Source: Octopus bimaculoides
Taxonomy: Eukaryota
Direction: 5' to 3'
DNA: 38,666 nt
Assembly: GCF_001194135.2 (NCBI RefSeq)
Contig: NC_068982.1
Span: 80,644,980 to 80,683,645 of the forward strand
Below the pieces are notes generated by a model that was given only the letters and a program-made list of their open reading frames with translations, did no database searches and was not told the DNA's origin. Positions 11,626 to 23,460 of this stretch are shown here, one piece after another. A program made the position numbers and the translations under genes. Position 1 is the stretch's first letter. The number at the start of each line of letters is the position of its first letter.

Positions 11626-11766
11626 TAGGGTGGGCCAAAAGTCATGCACAAAATAAGTTCTATACACTCCAGAATTGTAAAAAACATCAATTTATTTTTT
11701 TTAGATTGAATAAAATAAATAAAATAATGATGAATACACACGTACATGTACATGATGAACAAAATG

Positions 11767-11826
<60 letters not shown>

Positions 11827-12055
11827 GGTTTCAGATTCTAGCAGAAGGGCATAATGGAGTTAAGGAAGTTTGCAAGTCGCTTACACCGAAGCCAGTGCTC
11901 ATCTCGTACGTATTTCTTCGACCCCGGAAAGGATGAACGGTTAAGTCGACCTTGGCGGAATTTTGAACTCGGAGCGGATAAAATACCGCTAAGCATTTTG
12001 GCTGAAGTAAAGAAAACTCACGAGTATTTTGGTGCCTGACTTTTTGCCCACTCTG
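11626..12055. mobile_element. Tc1/mariner-type MITE with TIRs and TA flanks, containing (AAT)n and a SINE fragment
   Basis: TA|tagggtgggccaaaagtcatgcacaaaata versus reverse complement of right end TA|cagagtgggcaaaaagtcaggcaccaaaata. Confidence 0.8.
11848..12003 (-). mobile_element. tRNA-derived SINE fragment nested in the MITE
   Basis: tcgaccccggaaaggatgaacggttaagtcgaccttggcggaattttgaactc...accgctaagcatttt is the reverse complement of the family at 37991. Confidence 0.8.
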
Positions 12056-12584
12056 TATATGTGTGTGTATATATATATATATATAGGNNNNNNNNNNNNN
12101 NNNNNNNNNNNNNNNNNNNNNNNNNNNNNNNNNNNNNNNNNNNNNNNNNNNNNNNNNNNNNNNNNNNNNNNNNNNNNNNNNNNNNNNNNNNNNNNNNNNN
12201 NNNNNNNNNNNNNNNNNNNNNNNNNNNNNNNNNNNNNNNNNNNNNNNNNNNNNNNNNNNNNNNNNNNNNNNNNNNNNNNNNNNNNNNNNNNNNNNNNNNN
12301 NNNNNNNNNNNNNNNNNNNNNNNNNNNNNNNNNNNNNNNNNNNNNNNNNNNNNNNNNNNNNNNNNNNNNNNNNNNNNNNNNNNNNNNNNNNNNNNNNNNN
12401 NNNNNNNNNNNNNNNNNNNNNNNNNNNNNNNNNNNNNNNNGGAGTTAAGTACACAGAACGTTTAGCCCAGCAACCATTTTGGCTCGTTTTATTTATTTAT
12501 TATTGCTTTTTTTTTTCATTTATTTACTCCTGCATTCACTATAGATTGAAAACTGGTCAATTGCCAAATATCATGAGAAATTGT

Positions 12585-12678
12585 CCGTGGTGGTGATGGA
12601 GGTGGTGGTGGTTGTGGTGGTGGTGGTGGTGGTGATTATGGTGGTGGTGGTGGTGGTTGTGGTGGTGGTGGTGGTGGC
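12585..12678. repeat. (GGT)n
   Basis: Direct inspection. Confidence 0.95.
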
Positions 12679-13599
12679 CGAAGTGTAGTTGTTGCTATTG
12701 TTAATGTCGTTTCGTATATTCTTTCAGTTCTATAATTTTTGTTTTATTTTACATTTTTTATATTTTTGGTTTCCTTTTTAATATTAATATAATATTGTTT
12801 TCAGATGAGAAACCATACATATATATAAAATCTAATAGGCAGCTCTTTTCAGTTTGCGCGCACCCACACACACACACATACACACATGCAGACATAGACA
12901 CACACACTCACACCTATGTATGTATATGTACACGTGTGTATTTATGCATTACAACGACATACATGTATACACTCATGTACATTTTAATATGTCTGTCTAT
13001 CAATCTATTTATCAACATTTATATGTACACGCACACACACACATACATACATACGCATACACACGCACATATACATACACAAACACGGAGTGCATGAGAG
13101 AAAGATAAGCAAGCACCGAACAATAACTGCCATAAATTTGAATGATAAGGGGAGATAATCACAAGCTATGAGCATTTCTCTGGAATTAACCAGTTATATT
13201 TCTAGAAACAACAAAACATCAGTTTATATACAAGTCTCTATCTCTATGTCAACCTGTTCATATTCAAATTATGGCAACGCTGTGCTGATGACGCCCAATG
13301 AGGTACAAACATGCATATACACTGAGGTGTATATGAGGTGTTTCTACTTTATCTCTCCTTTGACTCCAGAAATTGGCATATTAATTCCGGAGAATCGTTG
13401 ATTACATGAGATTAACTCCCTCCTTCCATTACATCACTTACAATTGCCGTCAGGTGGCTTTCTCTTGAAGCAGAAATGATTTCCGTATATCAAGACTATA
13501 TCGCGTGTAGACTTTAGAAGATTGCTGTCACCAAACTGACGCCAAAGACCGCTCTGTTTTGTTTCATTTAACTTAGTTCGATCTTCTATACATATTCTT

Positions 13600-13785
13600 C
13601 ATCCGTAACTGCTTGGGTTTCAAGGGTCCAGAGCTATTCAACATTCTGCCAAACGGACTCAGAAATTTGCGTGTTGTAGATGTGTTCAAAAAAATATCTG
13701 GACAAATTTTCAACTAAAATACCAGATGAACCCACTTCGTGGCAGGAAACACAATGGAGAGCAGTTTCGTCCTCACTAAAAGTAA
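13600..13785 (+). mobile_element. 3' fragment of a LINE ORF2
   Basis: RNCLGFKGPELFNILPNGLRNL.../KIPDEPTSWQETQWRA resembles a LINE ORF2 C-terminus (GPxLFNxLP motif). Confidence 0.65.
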
Positions 13786-14029
13786 TACAGAAAAGAAACC
13801 CAATAACGCTGAGAGGAGATGTCCCAGTATAGCAGGCCGAAGCTTGTAAAAGATAAAAAATAAAATATACATACGTATCTCCATAATAATAAATGCCAAA
13901 ATGAATTTCTGTGTGTCAGTGTGTAAGTGTGTCACACTTTGACTCACTCTCTCCCTATTCAACGACACTTTTTCTACTCCTCTTGCTGGGGTGAGAGTAA
14001 TAGTGGGCACAGAAACGGTGAAGGCGGTA

Positions 14030-14315
14030 GTAGATTGACAGTTGAGATGGTAATGGAGTGAATAATAGTATGAGCTGTAGTTGTGATAGAGGCGGAGGCG
14101 ACAGTGATGATGATGGAGGTGGTGGGGGTAGCTGAGGCGATATGCATAACGGTAATTGTAAGGGATGTGAAAGCCAGTGGTGATGATGAAGGAGGCGGCG
14201 AAGTCAAAGGTGTTGATGGTGGTGGCAGCAGAAGTCTGAATAGTGTGTGTATGACAGTTGTGGTGGTGATGGTTGTGGTACTGGTGATGGTGATGGTTGA
14301 AAACAATCGACAGAA

Positions 14316-14346
<31 letters not shown>

Positions 14347-14380
14347 GAGAGAGAAAGAGAGAGGGAGAGAGAGAGAGGTT
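14030..14380. repeat. Degenerate (GAT/GGT)n tract plus (GA)n
   Basis: Direct inspection. Confidence 0.85.
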
Positions 14381-14811
14381 AGACAGAAAAAAAATTGTAC
14401 TGACTCCCGAATGGGAAGACAAAAAATGATGTTTATCATGAAACTTTGCAATAAGTTTCAAGTCGACATATTATAATCATTGTTGTGACGAAAACTGTTC
14501 ATTGCTTGAAAAATATTGGTCAAGTTTAATAAAATTTAATATGGACTCAATGCATGGACTCAAGGACCAATGAAGAGTCCCCCACAGGAGCTAGTACATA
14601 CATACGGTATGTATGTATATACATACCGTCTTAATTCTAACATTCAGACACACACACATACATATGTGTGTATATATGTATATGTATGTATGTATGTATA
14701 CATAGTCAGATCGAATAATCCAACATAAATAACGATAACAAAATAACAGAAAGACGTGCACATGGAATGTATTAGTTAGACGTTCGGTAAAGGTGGAAAA
14801 AAGAGAGAGCA

Positions 14812-14845
14812 TTTAATGATTCGAACATAGCTCTTCGTCATAAAG
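14812..14845 (-). ncRNA. Degenerate minimal hammerhead relic
   Basis: Minus strand: cuuu AUGACGA a GAGC uau GUUC GAAU...; flanks are homologous to 29170-29240. Confidence 0.35.
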
Positions 14846-14916
14846 GAAAACGGAAAAGTCCACAGAACGAAAAATATTACCAACAACACATATGTGATTA
14901 TAGACGCACATACGCT

Positions 14917-14919
<3 letters not shown>

Positions 14920-14996
<77 letters not shown>

Positions 14997-15411
14997 AAGA
15001 TAGATAGATAGATAGATATTTTGTAGGTAGGTAGGTAGGTAGGTAGGTAGGTATATATAAAAGTGTGTACGTGAGTATTTGTGTGGGTGGCAAAGGTGTC
15101 TAATTATATATTTTTGTTATTTCATATATTTCAAAATTAAAATATATTTATTTCTCTTTTTAGTATTCATTTTTTATATTTTTATTTAATGAATTATTTA
15201 TTTATCGATTTAGCAACATCGTCACTTTCGTTATCGTCGTCATCCGCATTCTCCTTCTCTCTCCCTTCTCCTCGCCATCATCATGGCTGTCGCTTCCACC
15301 ACCGTCGTCGTCGTCATCATCATCATCATCATCATCATCATCACCATCATCATCATCTTCAAAGTCATCATCATGTTTCGTCGACGTCACTTTCTTCTTC
15401 TTCTTCTTCTT

Positions 15412-15503
<92 letters not shown>

Positions 15504-15627
15504 CAATTCAATTATGTATATACTTCGCATGGTGTGGGAATGTAAGTGCGCTGCCGAATTGTTCGCCATTTCTATAATTCGTTTTATTTCTACATTCATA
15601 TGTGTATTCTTTTATTCCTATATGCCC

Positions 15628-15697
<70 letters not shown>

Positions 15698-15708
15698 CAT
15701 TATTGTTA

Positions 15709-15773
<65 letters not shown>

Positions 15774-17114
15774 CTTGTTTATTATTGTTTTGATATTGAT
15801 TTTTTCCGTTTTTTCCCGGTTTATTAATTATTATTTCATTATCATTATATTTTTATTATTGCCATCTTTATTATCGCAATCTTTATTATCACCACCACAA
15901 CGAACAACGACCCCCACCACCACCAACGACAGCACTATCACCACCACCACCAATACCACTATCACCACGCCGCCGTCGCCACCACCACCAGTACTAACGC
16001 CGCCGCTGCTGCTGGCGCCACCACCGCCACCACCGCCACCACGACCACCGCCACCACGACCACCATCTTCAGCATCATCATCATCATCGTCATGACCACG
16101 TTCAGTTTTATTGTGANNNNNNNNNNNNNNNNNNNNNNNNNNNNNNNNNNNNNNNNNNNNNNNNNNNNNNNNNNNNNNNNNNNNNNNNNNNNNNNNNNNN
16201 NNNNNNNNNNNNNNNNNNNNNNNNNNNNNNNNNNNNNNNNNNNNNNNNNNNNNNNNNNNNNNNNNNNNNNNNNNNNNNNNNNNNNNNNNNNNNNNNNNNN
16301 NNNNNNNNNNNNNNNNNNNNNNNNNNNNNNNNNNNNNNNNNNNNNNNNNNNNNNNNTATATATATATATATATTCATTCATTCCAACGTTCGCTTTTCCA
16401 TATTTTCTTCCGTTTTTTCAAATTTTTTTTACATTTTCCGTCTTAATAATTTTCTTTTCTTCTTTCTTCCTTTCCTTCTCTCGTGTTGATTTTCTTTATT
16501 ACCATCTTTCTCATATTTTATACATACGTTTCTACAATTATTCCATTATTGAATCATTCTCGTGCCTCCCCACCACCAATACCACAACCACTACCACCAC
16601 CACCACCACCACCACCACCAGCGCCACTGCCATCATCTCCACAACCACTACTACTACAACCTCCATCACTCCATCGTCACCATTTACAGACACACGTTTT
16701 CTTTAAGCAACTACCGTCCCAATCTCAACACATCCCATACCGTGTCTATCTCTTCCACCGTTTCCATGACCAGCGTTTGCATCACTACCCATTCCATTAC
16801 CACCACTACCATTGCGACAAACAACAACAACAACAACACACAATCTTCATGATCACCACCACCACCACCACCAACAGCAACAACAACAAAAACACCAACA
16901 GCACTAACATTACAATAAACAGATCCTACTCTCACTACTACTCTGCCACCACCATTATCAATTCACCACTCACAGTACCACAATTACCACTACTACTATC
17001 ACCACTGCCACTACCACCACCACCAGCAACACTGTAACTACCACCTTTCTTTACTACCACTACCAGCTAACACCATCACTATCACAACCAACAACAACAA
17101 AAACATTACTACTC

Positions 17115-17153
<39 letters not shown>

Positions 17154-17450
17154 TTACTGACATAGCCAACACCACTTCCTCCTATTACCAACGTTATCAC
17201 GACCACCGTCATTTATTAGAAGCACTGTTACTCCCACCTACCCTTACATAGTTCTATATACTCTTACTACCACTATTACCATTCTTTCCGTTCACTATAC
17301 CACCACCACTACCACCACTACCACCACCAAAACCATCACCACCTCCAATATCGCTAGAGCCCTCTTAGTAGCAGTACTGCTATCACCACCACAACCACCA
17401 CCACCATCAACATCAGTGTTAACCACCACAACCACCACCACAACTATCAT
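14920..17450. repeat. Compound simple-repeat field: (GA)n, (TAGA/TAGG)n, (TCA)n, (TTC)n, (TTA)n, (ACC/ACT/ACA)n
   Basis: Direct inspection; contains gap 16117-16356. Confidence 0.93.
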
Positions 17451-17771
17451 CAAAATTATAAAGCATTTGAATGAAACATGAATGAAACAATTTGGTACCG
17501 AGTCTAAAAATGTGAGAATGAATGTTTGAGAGTGAAAGATAGAGAAGGAAATACGAAAGAGAAAGAAAGTCTACGTATGTGTGTGTATGTGTGTGTGTGT
17601 TAGGTTTTCGACTATAAAACTTGCTTTATTGCTGCATTTCTTAAGGATAGCCACAGAACATATGGTTGAGTTAATGCATTCGTACGTATCTATATCTTGA
17701 TGCATACCACCACGCACACATATGACCATATGGATATACATATACACATAAGTATAACTCCATGCCTAAAT

Positions 17772-17808
<37 letters not shown>

Positions 17809-17849
17809 GATAAATAAATTAATAAATGGAGTTAAACGCAGGTGTTATT

Positions 17850-18583
17850 CAAATTCTTTTACTTCCGACATATGTTTCGAAGACAACATTGATATTATTC
17901 CAGAAAGAATAAATTGGTGCAAAACAATGCAATCTTCTCATCGGGGAAAGAAGGAAACCAAACACATCAATAAGACATTTTAACAGAATGCGATGACTGC
18001 GTATATGATGAAGGGAACGCTATCAAGTTTTTTTAAACCGCTTGTAGATACAACGCCGCGCTATTTTACAGAAAGAGAAAGAGGAGAAAGAAAGAAATGA
18101 GCAGAAAAGTAATAGTGGAGAGATATAGAGAGATAGGTGAATTAGAAGCTTAAAGGTATGGAAGTAGATATATTTAGTGGAAGTGAAATGTAAGAAGACA
18201 GTCAATGGTCGAATTTGATAGAATGTTAGAAATCACTCATAAGAACTAAAGGTATGTTTCTGCCAATCTTTGCAACGATAAATGCGTTCCATAAACGTGT
18301 TTACCAAGGGATTCCCCGAGAACAGGATAAAGTACATTTCACTGTTACAAAGCGACAAAAAGATTTACCTTTGTCATACGATAATGATATAGAGAGAATA
18401 TTCCATTCCAAATTACATTGTTTATTATCATCTTTTAGATGCCAGATTAATTTACTAATCCCAGTATTGTTACGTTTTTTGATGTGCCTAAATGGAGAGT
18501 AATGATTAAATATTCTTTTGAACAACTGAGATGAAGAACTACCTAGATAAAAAAAGACGTGAGAACCGGAAGTAATTTTACAC

Positions 18584-18590
<7 letters not shown>
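17850..18590 (-). mobile_element. Penelope-like element: GIY-YIG endonuclease relic plus HHR-bearing 3' terminal region
   Basis: YLGSSSSQLFKRIFNHYSPFRHIKKRNNTGISKLIWHLKD...WNILS...SFCRF/CNSEMYFILF...RCKDWQKH at about 18215-18550. Confidence 0.85.
17862..17948 (-). ncRNA. Type-I hammerhead-like motif (U4C variant, GUC site)
   Basis: Minus strand: uucc CCGAUGA GAAGAuugcauug...caauguugUCUUC GAAA CAUAUG UC ggaa; 13-bp stem II with one mismatch; palindromic stem III ACAUAUGU. Confidence 0.75.
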
Positions 18591-18629
<39 letters not shown>

Positions 18630-18689
18630 GTATTTTTAACGATGGAGATCGAAAGAGATAAAGCTATATACAACGTTTAGGATACTGAG

Positions 18690-19020
18690 TTAAAAACTTC
18701 TTGAATGGAAATAGTTTAAAACTCCCGGTAGGTCATGAAACCACATCTGTAAGCTTGGCAGTTGTTCTAACCATTTCACCAAAGGAACCCTTCGAATGTT
18801 CGAGAAGCCTAAAATGTTTACGTTATAAAAAATTAGAAGCTTTAGCAGTTCCATCTGCCTTAAACTTGTCTCCAGTTCTAGTGATGGTGCGTCGCAAAGG
18901 TGGATCTGTTTGAAACTCCTACCTAAACTGTCTTTGCACTTCAACTGCATTTTTTAACTTGCAGTAGCACTGCCGGACAAATTTCATTTGTTCAAACACT
19001 CAGTCTGGTCCTTTCCATTA
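18690..19020 (-). mobile_element. Internally deleted Tc1/mariner-superfamily element (DUF4817-like HTH N-terminus joined to 3' sequence)
   Basis: QMKFVRQCYCKLKNAVEVQRQFR*EFQTDPPLRRTITRTGDKFKADGT. Confidence 0.75.
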
Positions 19021-19104
19021 ATTTTGGTAGGTTAGATTTAAAAACAAATGCAACTTAAGCGAGTTACCAGTTGTCAGAGTATCTTCTTTTGGCAAATATA
19101 TATA

Positions 19105-19213
19105 CATGTATGTATGTGTGCGTGTGTGTGTGTGGGTTTGTGTTTGTGTGTGTGTATGTGTGGTATTTGTGTGTGTGTGTGGGTTTGTGTTTGTGTGTGT
19201 GTATGTGTGGTAG

Positions 19214-19293
<80 letters not shown>
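19105..19293. repeat. (GT)n microsatellite
   Basis: Direct inspection. Confidence 0.95.
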
Positions 19294-19295
<2 letters not shown>

Positions 19296-19439
19296 ATGTT
19301 ATAAAAAATTTGCAGCTGAGAGATATGAAGGTAATAAATTTCAAAAGTGGAACTTGAAGTAGATAAAGCTACAAATAAAAACAAGTAGAAAATTGGGTAC
19401 AAAATACCATTGGATGCTAAACTGTCCTTATTTTCTATA

Positions 19440-19756
19440 TGCTATCATTTATAGCCTTATCTATTTCGAAATCCGCCGTCAAAAGCGGATTATTTCAATT
19501 CTCTTAAAGCTTCTAATTTTTTATAAAGTAAACATCTTAGACTTCTCGCTGGTAAGAACAAATCTTCTAAAATAGATGGAGAAAATTCGAAGGGTTCCAG
19601 ATCCACTTTTGCGACCCACCATCACTCGAATTGGAGACAAGTTTCGAGCAGATGGAACTTTTGTTACTGTCCACAAGAAACGCTCTGGAAGACTGCAGAC
19701 ATCCACGAGTCCCACAAAGAATTGAGTTACTGCTGCATCATTACGCAGCACTAACT
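19440..19756 (+). mobile_element. Second, rearranged fragment of the DUF4817-like transposon
   Basis: DPLLRPTITRIGDKFRADGTFVTVHKKRSGRLQTSTSPT; shares nucleotide blocks with 18784-18908. Confidence 0.75.
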
Positions 19757-20265
19757 CAATTCTTAAGGATTTACAGGATAACACCTAACCCGAACGTCTG
19801 TTCATGCAAGTCGCCCGCAGAGCTAATGCTTACCCGGATGATAAAATCAATTTTTGATAAATTGTTACCTACAAAAAATCTTATAAGGAAAACCCAAGAA
19901 ACACAACAATATTTTAATGTGGGAAATAAAGTTCATTTCAAAATATATAAAAATGGAAGACAAGGTTTGAAAGACGATATAGTGATGAAAAGACTAGGCA
20001 ATATAATTTACATAATAAAAGGCCAAATAGGAGTACATAAATGATATCTGAACCAGTTGAAGACCAGACATGCCGAAGAAAGAGAAGAAAGACCGATGGA
20101 AGTTTGTTACGACTTGTTCGATGTTCCAATGCCAAAAGAGATTGAACCTAGACGGATCAGCAATATAAAAAAAAAACGTAAGCAAACAGAACGATTAGAG
20201 ACAATTCCTAAGTGAAAGAAATATCAAAAATTTTTAGGAAATTAAAATCTCAAAAAAAGGAGAAG
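19757..20265 (+). mobile_element. Gypsy-type integrase C-terminus and PPT
   Basis: QFLRIYRITPNPN...KSPAELMLTRMIKSIFDKLLP...GNKV...KRLGNIIYII...LNQLK; purine tract aaaaaaggagaag near 20252. Confidence 0.8.
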
Positions 20266-20341
20266 TAATAAAGAAAAAATATAGAATAAGATTAAATAAA
20301 CAAGTGCACTTCCTACTGAAGTCGAATCTCAAAAGGAGAGA

Positions 20342-20612
20342 TGTTATGGCGAGAATCATGACATCTCCTGTAAGAAAGGACTAGTGAAATTCGTATAAGT
20401 AGCAGCGTGTTTGACTGAGAGCGAGAGATGAGAAATCGCAGGAAGTCGAGAGGTATCGCTTGTGAGTTCATGGAATCGCAGGACATTGCTGAGAAGTTGT
20501 GATAGTTCGTTGAAAGTTGTCTTGGACTGGTTACAGTTGTTGGAAGAGTATTTGCGAATACATCAGGTGGAGACTGTTGGTGCCTACCCCGTTCCGTGGT
20601 ACTATATATCAC
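20342..20612 (+). mobile_element. Probable LTR
   Basis: Starts with TGTTATGG directly after the purine tract aaaaggagaga; the right end at CA is a guess. Confidence 0.5.
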
Positions 20613-20689
20613 ACTGTATTAGTGCACGACACTAAGGTGACATATACAGAAGTCACGATACAAAACATACACATAATGGCATACACATG

Positions 20690-20845
20690 CTTAAACACAC
20701 AGACACAGATACACACCACCACGCGCACGCGCACACGCACACACACGCACGCACCCACATACACACACATGCACGCACACGCACATACACACACATGCAC
20801 ACACACACACACGCACGCACAAACACACACAAACACACACACACA
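20690..20845. repeat. Degenerate (CA/CG)n
   Basis: Direct inspection. Confidence 0.9.
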
Positions 20846-21132
20846 TTGTAATTCAGTGGATAAATATAGAAATATAGTCCAGGCGATCATTTCATCAGGA
20901 ATCTAGTAAGCGCACTGTTCCAATAATCGAAGGAAGATCAGTTATACTTCAATTCATGTTAAAAGAATCCCTTCGCGAATCCAACGTACATCCAGTAAGC
21001 ATGTTATAATCCTCACAGATTGGATAATAATCGATTTGAGGAAAAGATAAGTCAGATCAATGCACATCGATTTGGCTTCCCTTTTCATCATTTGAATCGA
21101 TTATACTAACACACACACACACACACACACAG

Positions 21133-21290
21133 AGTTACTTAAGAAGTTCATCACCCAATCGTGGCGTCTCGGGTTTCGATCGCATGCCCTGCTTCACATA
21201 CACTGATATTTTGGATAAGTACTTTTTACCAAAGCCTTATGAGTGTAACTCGGCGAACGGAAACTGTGAGAAAGCCTATATCTATAGTTT
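21133..21290 (+). mobile_element. Degenerate SINE 5' part
   Basis: ttaagaagttcatcacccaatc...gggtttcgatc...accaaagccttatgagtg...acggaaactg matches the head of the 4214 family. Confidence 0.6.
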
Positions 21291-21544
21291 AGATACGTGA
21301 AGCTCAGTGTGATACTGATACTATTTACGGATCACATTAAGGTACTGCGAGTTTGAAGAATACTCTGCCACTTTTATATACTTATTCAATGGGCAGACCA
21401 AAGTCCAGTATGATCGAACAGTTGAATCTTCCTCGTCGAACGTAACTGAGATCCATTTCTTTATACATACAGTGTAGATTAAAATCTATAGAATTCTTAT
21501 GAAGTATTATACAGTATTGGAACAGTAATTTATACGGGTGTGTG

Positions 21545-21588
<44 letters not shown>

Positions 21589-21592
21589 ATGC

Positions 21593-21646
<54 letters not shown>

Positions 21647-21721
21647 AATAAATAAATAACCATAATATAATGTCTATAAGTTAATGAATACCACCTCTTG
21701 ACCTCCTCAATTTTCTTATTC

Positions 21722-21758
<37 letters not shown>

Positions 21759-22084
21759 AGATAGATAAGGCGAGAGAGTGAGAGGGAGGGATTGTTTGTA
21801 ATGATAGAGATCGAAATTGTGTTCAAGTAAGCAAAAAATATTAAAATGACGAAATATAAGAGGAATATTTAATGACTGAAGACAGAAAAAAATTGAGCGA
21901 GAGACAGAAGAACAAAACAAGACGACGCAAGAAGTAAAAGCAAAATGAATGAAAGAAGGATTGGAAGACTGAATATTGAAGTGAGGCGAGTGTTACAGGA
22001 AACTGTAATGCAAGAAAGAATATAACAATAGAAAAAGAGACTAAATGAAGGAATGAATGATTCATTGGAAGAATGAAAGAGGGG

Positions 22085-22097
22085 GAGAAAGAGAAAG

Positions 22098-22193
<96 letters not shown>
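22085..22193. repeat. (GA)n microsatellite
   Basis: Direct inspection. Confidence 0.95.
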
Positions 22194-22195
<2 letters not shown>

Positions 22196-22309
22196 CGAAT
22201 GAATGGATGATATAAAAAGAGCTCGAAGCAAACAATTGTTTTCGTTCAGAAAGTTGTCGATAATTGAGCCGAAACTTATCGTCTGCTTTTAAGCAAAATG
22301 TCCTTCCAG

Positions 22310-22380
22310 TAAGAAGTGACGCTCCTGTCTCGTTGCTTGATTGGTCTAATATTGTAGCTCATACGTTTACGTCATTGAAG
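22310..22380 (+). promoter_or_regulatory. Possible promoter motifs (inverted CCAAT, CRE-like site)
   Basis: gattgg at 22339-22344 and ttacgtca at 22367-22374 in non-repetitive sequence; short motifs, could be chance. Confidence 0.2.
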
Positions 22381-23460
22381 TATTATGGTGGCGTGTTATT
22401 TGTATATTTTCCAATGTTTTTATATTCATTTTGTTTGTTTCCTGTTTTATGTATATTTTTCTTCCACGGTATCATTTACTTGGCGGTGAAAGAAAAAGAG
22501 AGAGTTGCGTGTTGGGTATTGTAGAGAGGACTGATCGTCTGCTTGTTTGATTCACTGAATATTTACTTCTCAGCAATTCATGTCGTAGCTAATGTTGTTG
22601 TTACTATTGTTGTTTGTATTGGTTGCATTTCTCCAAGACAAATTAAAGAAGCTGTCGTTTATTGGTGGGTGGAGGGGATCTATTTTTCTTTCGTTCTTCT
22701 TTTAGTGATTTTCTTCATTCTTTCATTCCGTTCAGTTATTTCTTCTCCTTGATATATCCCACTCACGACCATTTTTTCACCTATTTTATCGTTTTACCGT
22801 CCTTTTATCGACTAGTTTCTGTTTCGGACACCCTTTCTTTCGCTCTCCTTCTCGCTTTTATTTCTGCACCTCCCCCCCCTCTCTCTCTCNNNNNNNNNNN
22901 NNNNNNNNNNNNNNNNNNNNNNNNNNNNNNNNNNNNNNNNNNNNNNNNNNNNNNNNNNNNNNNNNNNNNNNNNNNNNNNNNNNNNNNNNNNNNNNNNNNN
23001 NNNNNNNNNNNNNNNNNNNNNNNNNNNNNNNNNNNNNNNNNNNNNNNNNNNNNNNNNNNNNNNNNNNNNNNNNNNNNNNNNNNNNNNNNNNNNNNNNNNN
23101 NNNNNNNNNNNNNNNNNNNNNNNNNNNNNNNNNNNNNNNNNNNNNNNNNNNNNNNNNNNNNNNNNNNNNNNNNNNNNNNNNNNNNNNNNNNNNNNNNNNN
23201 NNNNNNNNNNNNNNNNNNNNNNNNNNNNNNNNNNNNNNNNNNNNNNNNNNNNNNNNNNNNNNNNNNNNNNNNNNNNNNNNNNNNNNNNNNNNNNNNNNNN
23301 NNNNNNNNNNNNNNNNNNNNNNNNNNNNNNNNNNNNNNNNNNNNNNNNNNNNNNNNNNNNNNNNNNNNNNNNNNNNNNNNNNNNNNNNNNNNNNNNNNNN
23401 NNNNNNNNNNNNNNNNNNNNNNNNNNNNNNNNNNNNNNNNNNNNNNNNNNNNNNNNNNNN

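Noticed and set aside
13284-13325. CTGATGA with a short hairpin
   Set aside because: Followed by CAAAC rather than GAAA; no convincing stems I or III.
13714-17037. Long poly-His/Ile/Thr/Leu ORFs
   Set aside because: Translations of trinucleotide repeats.
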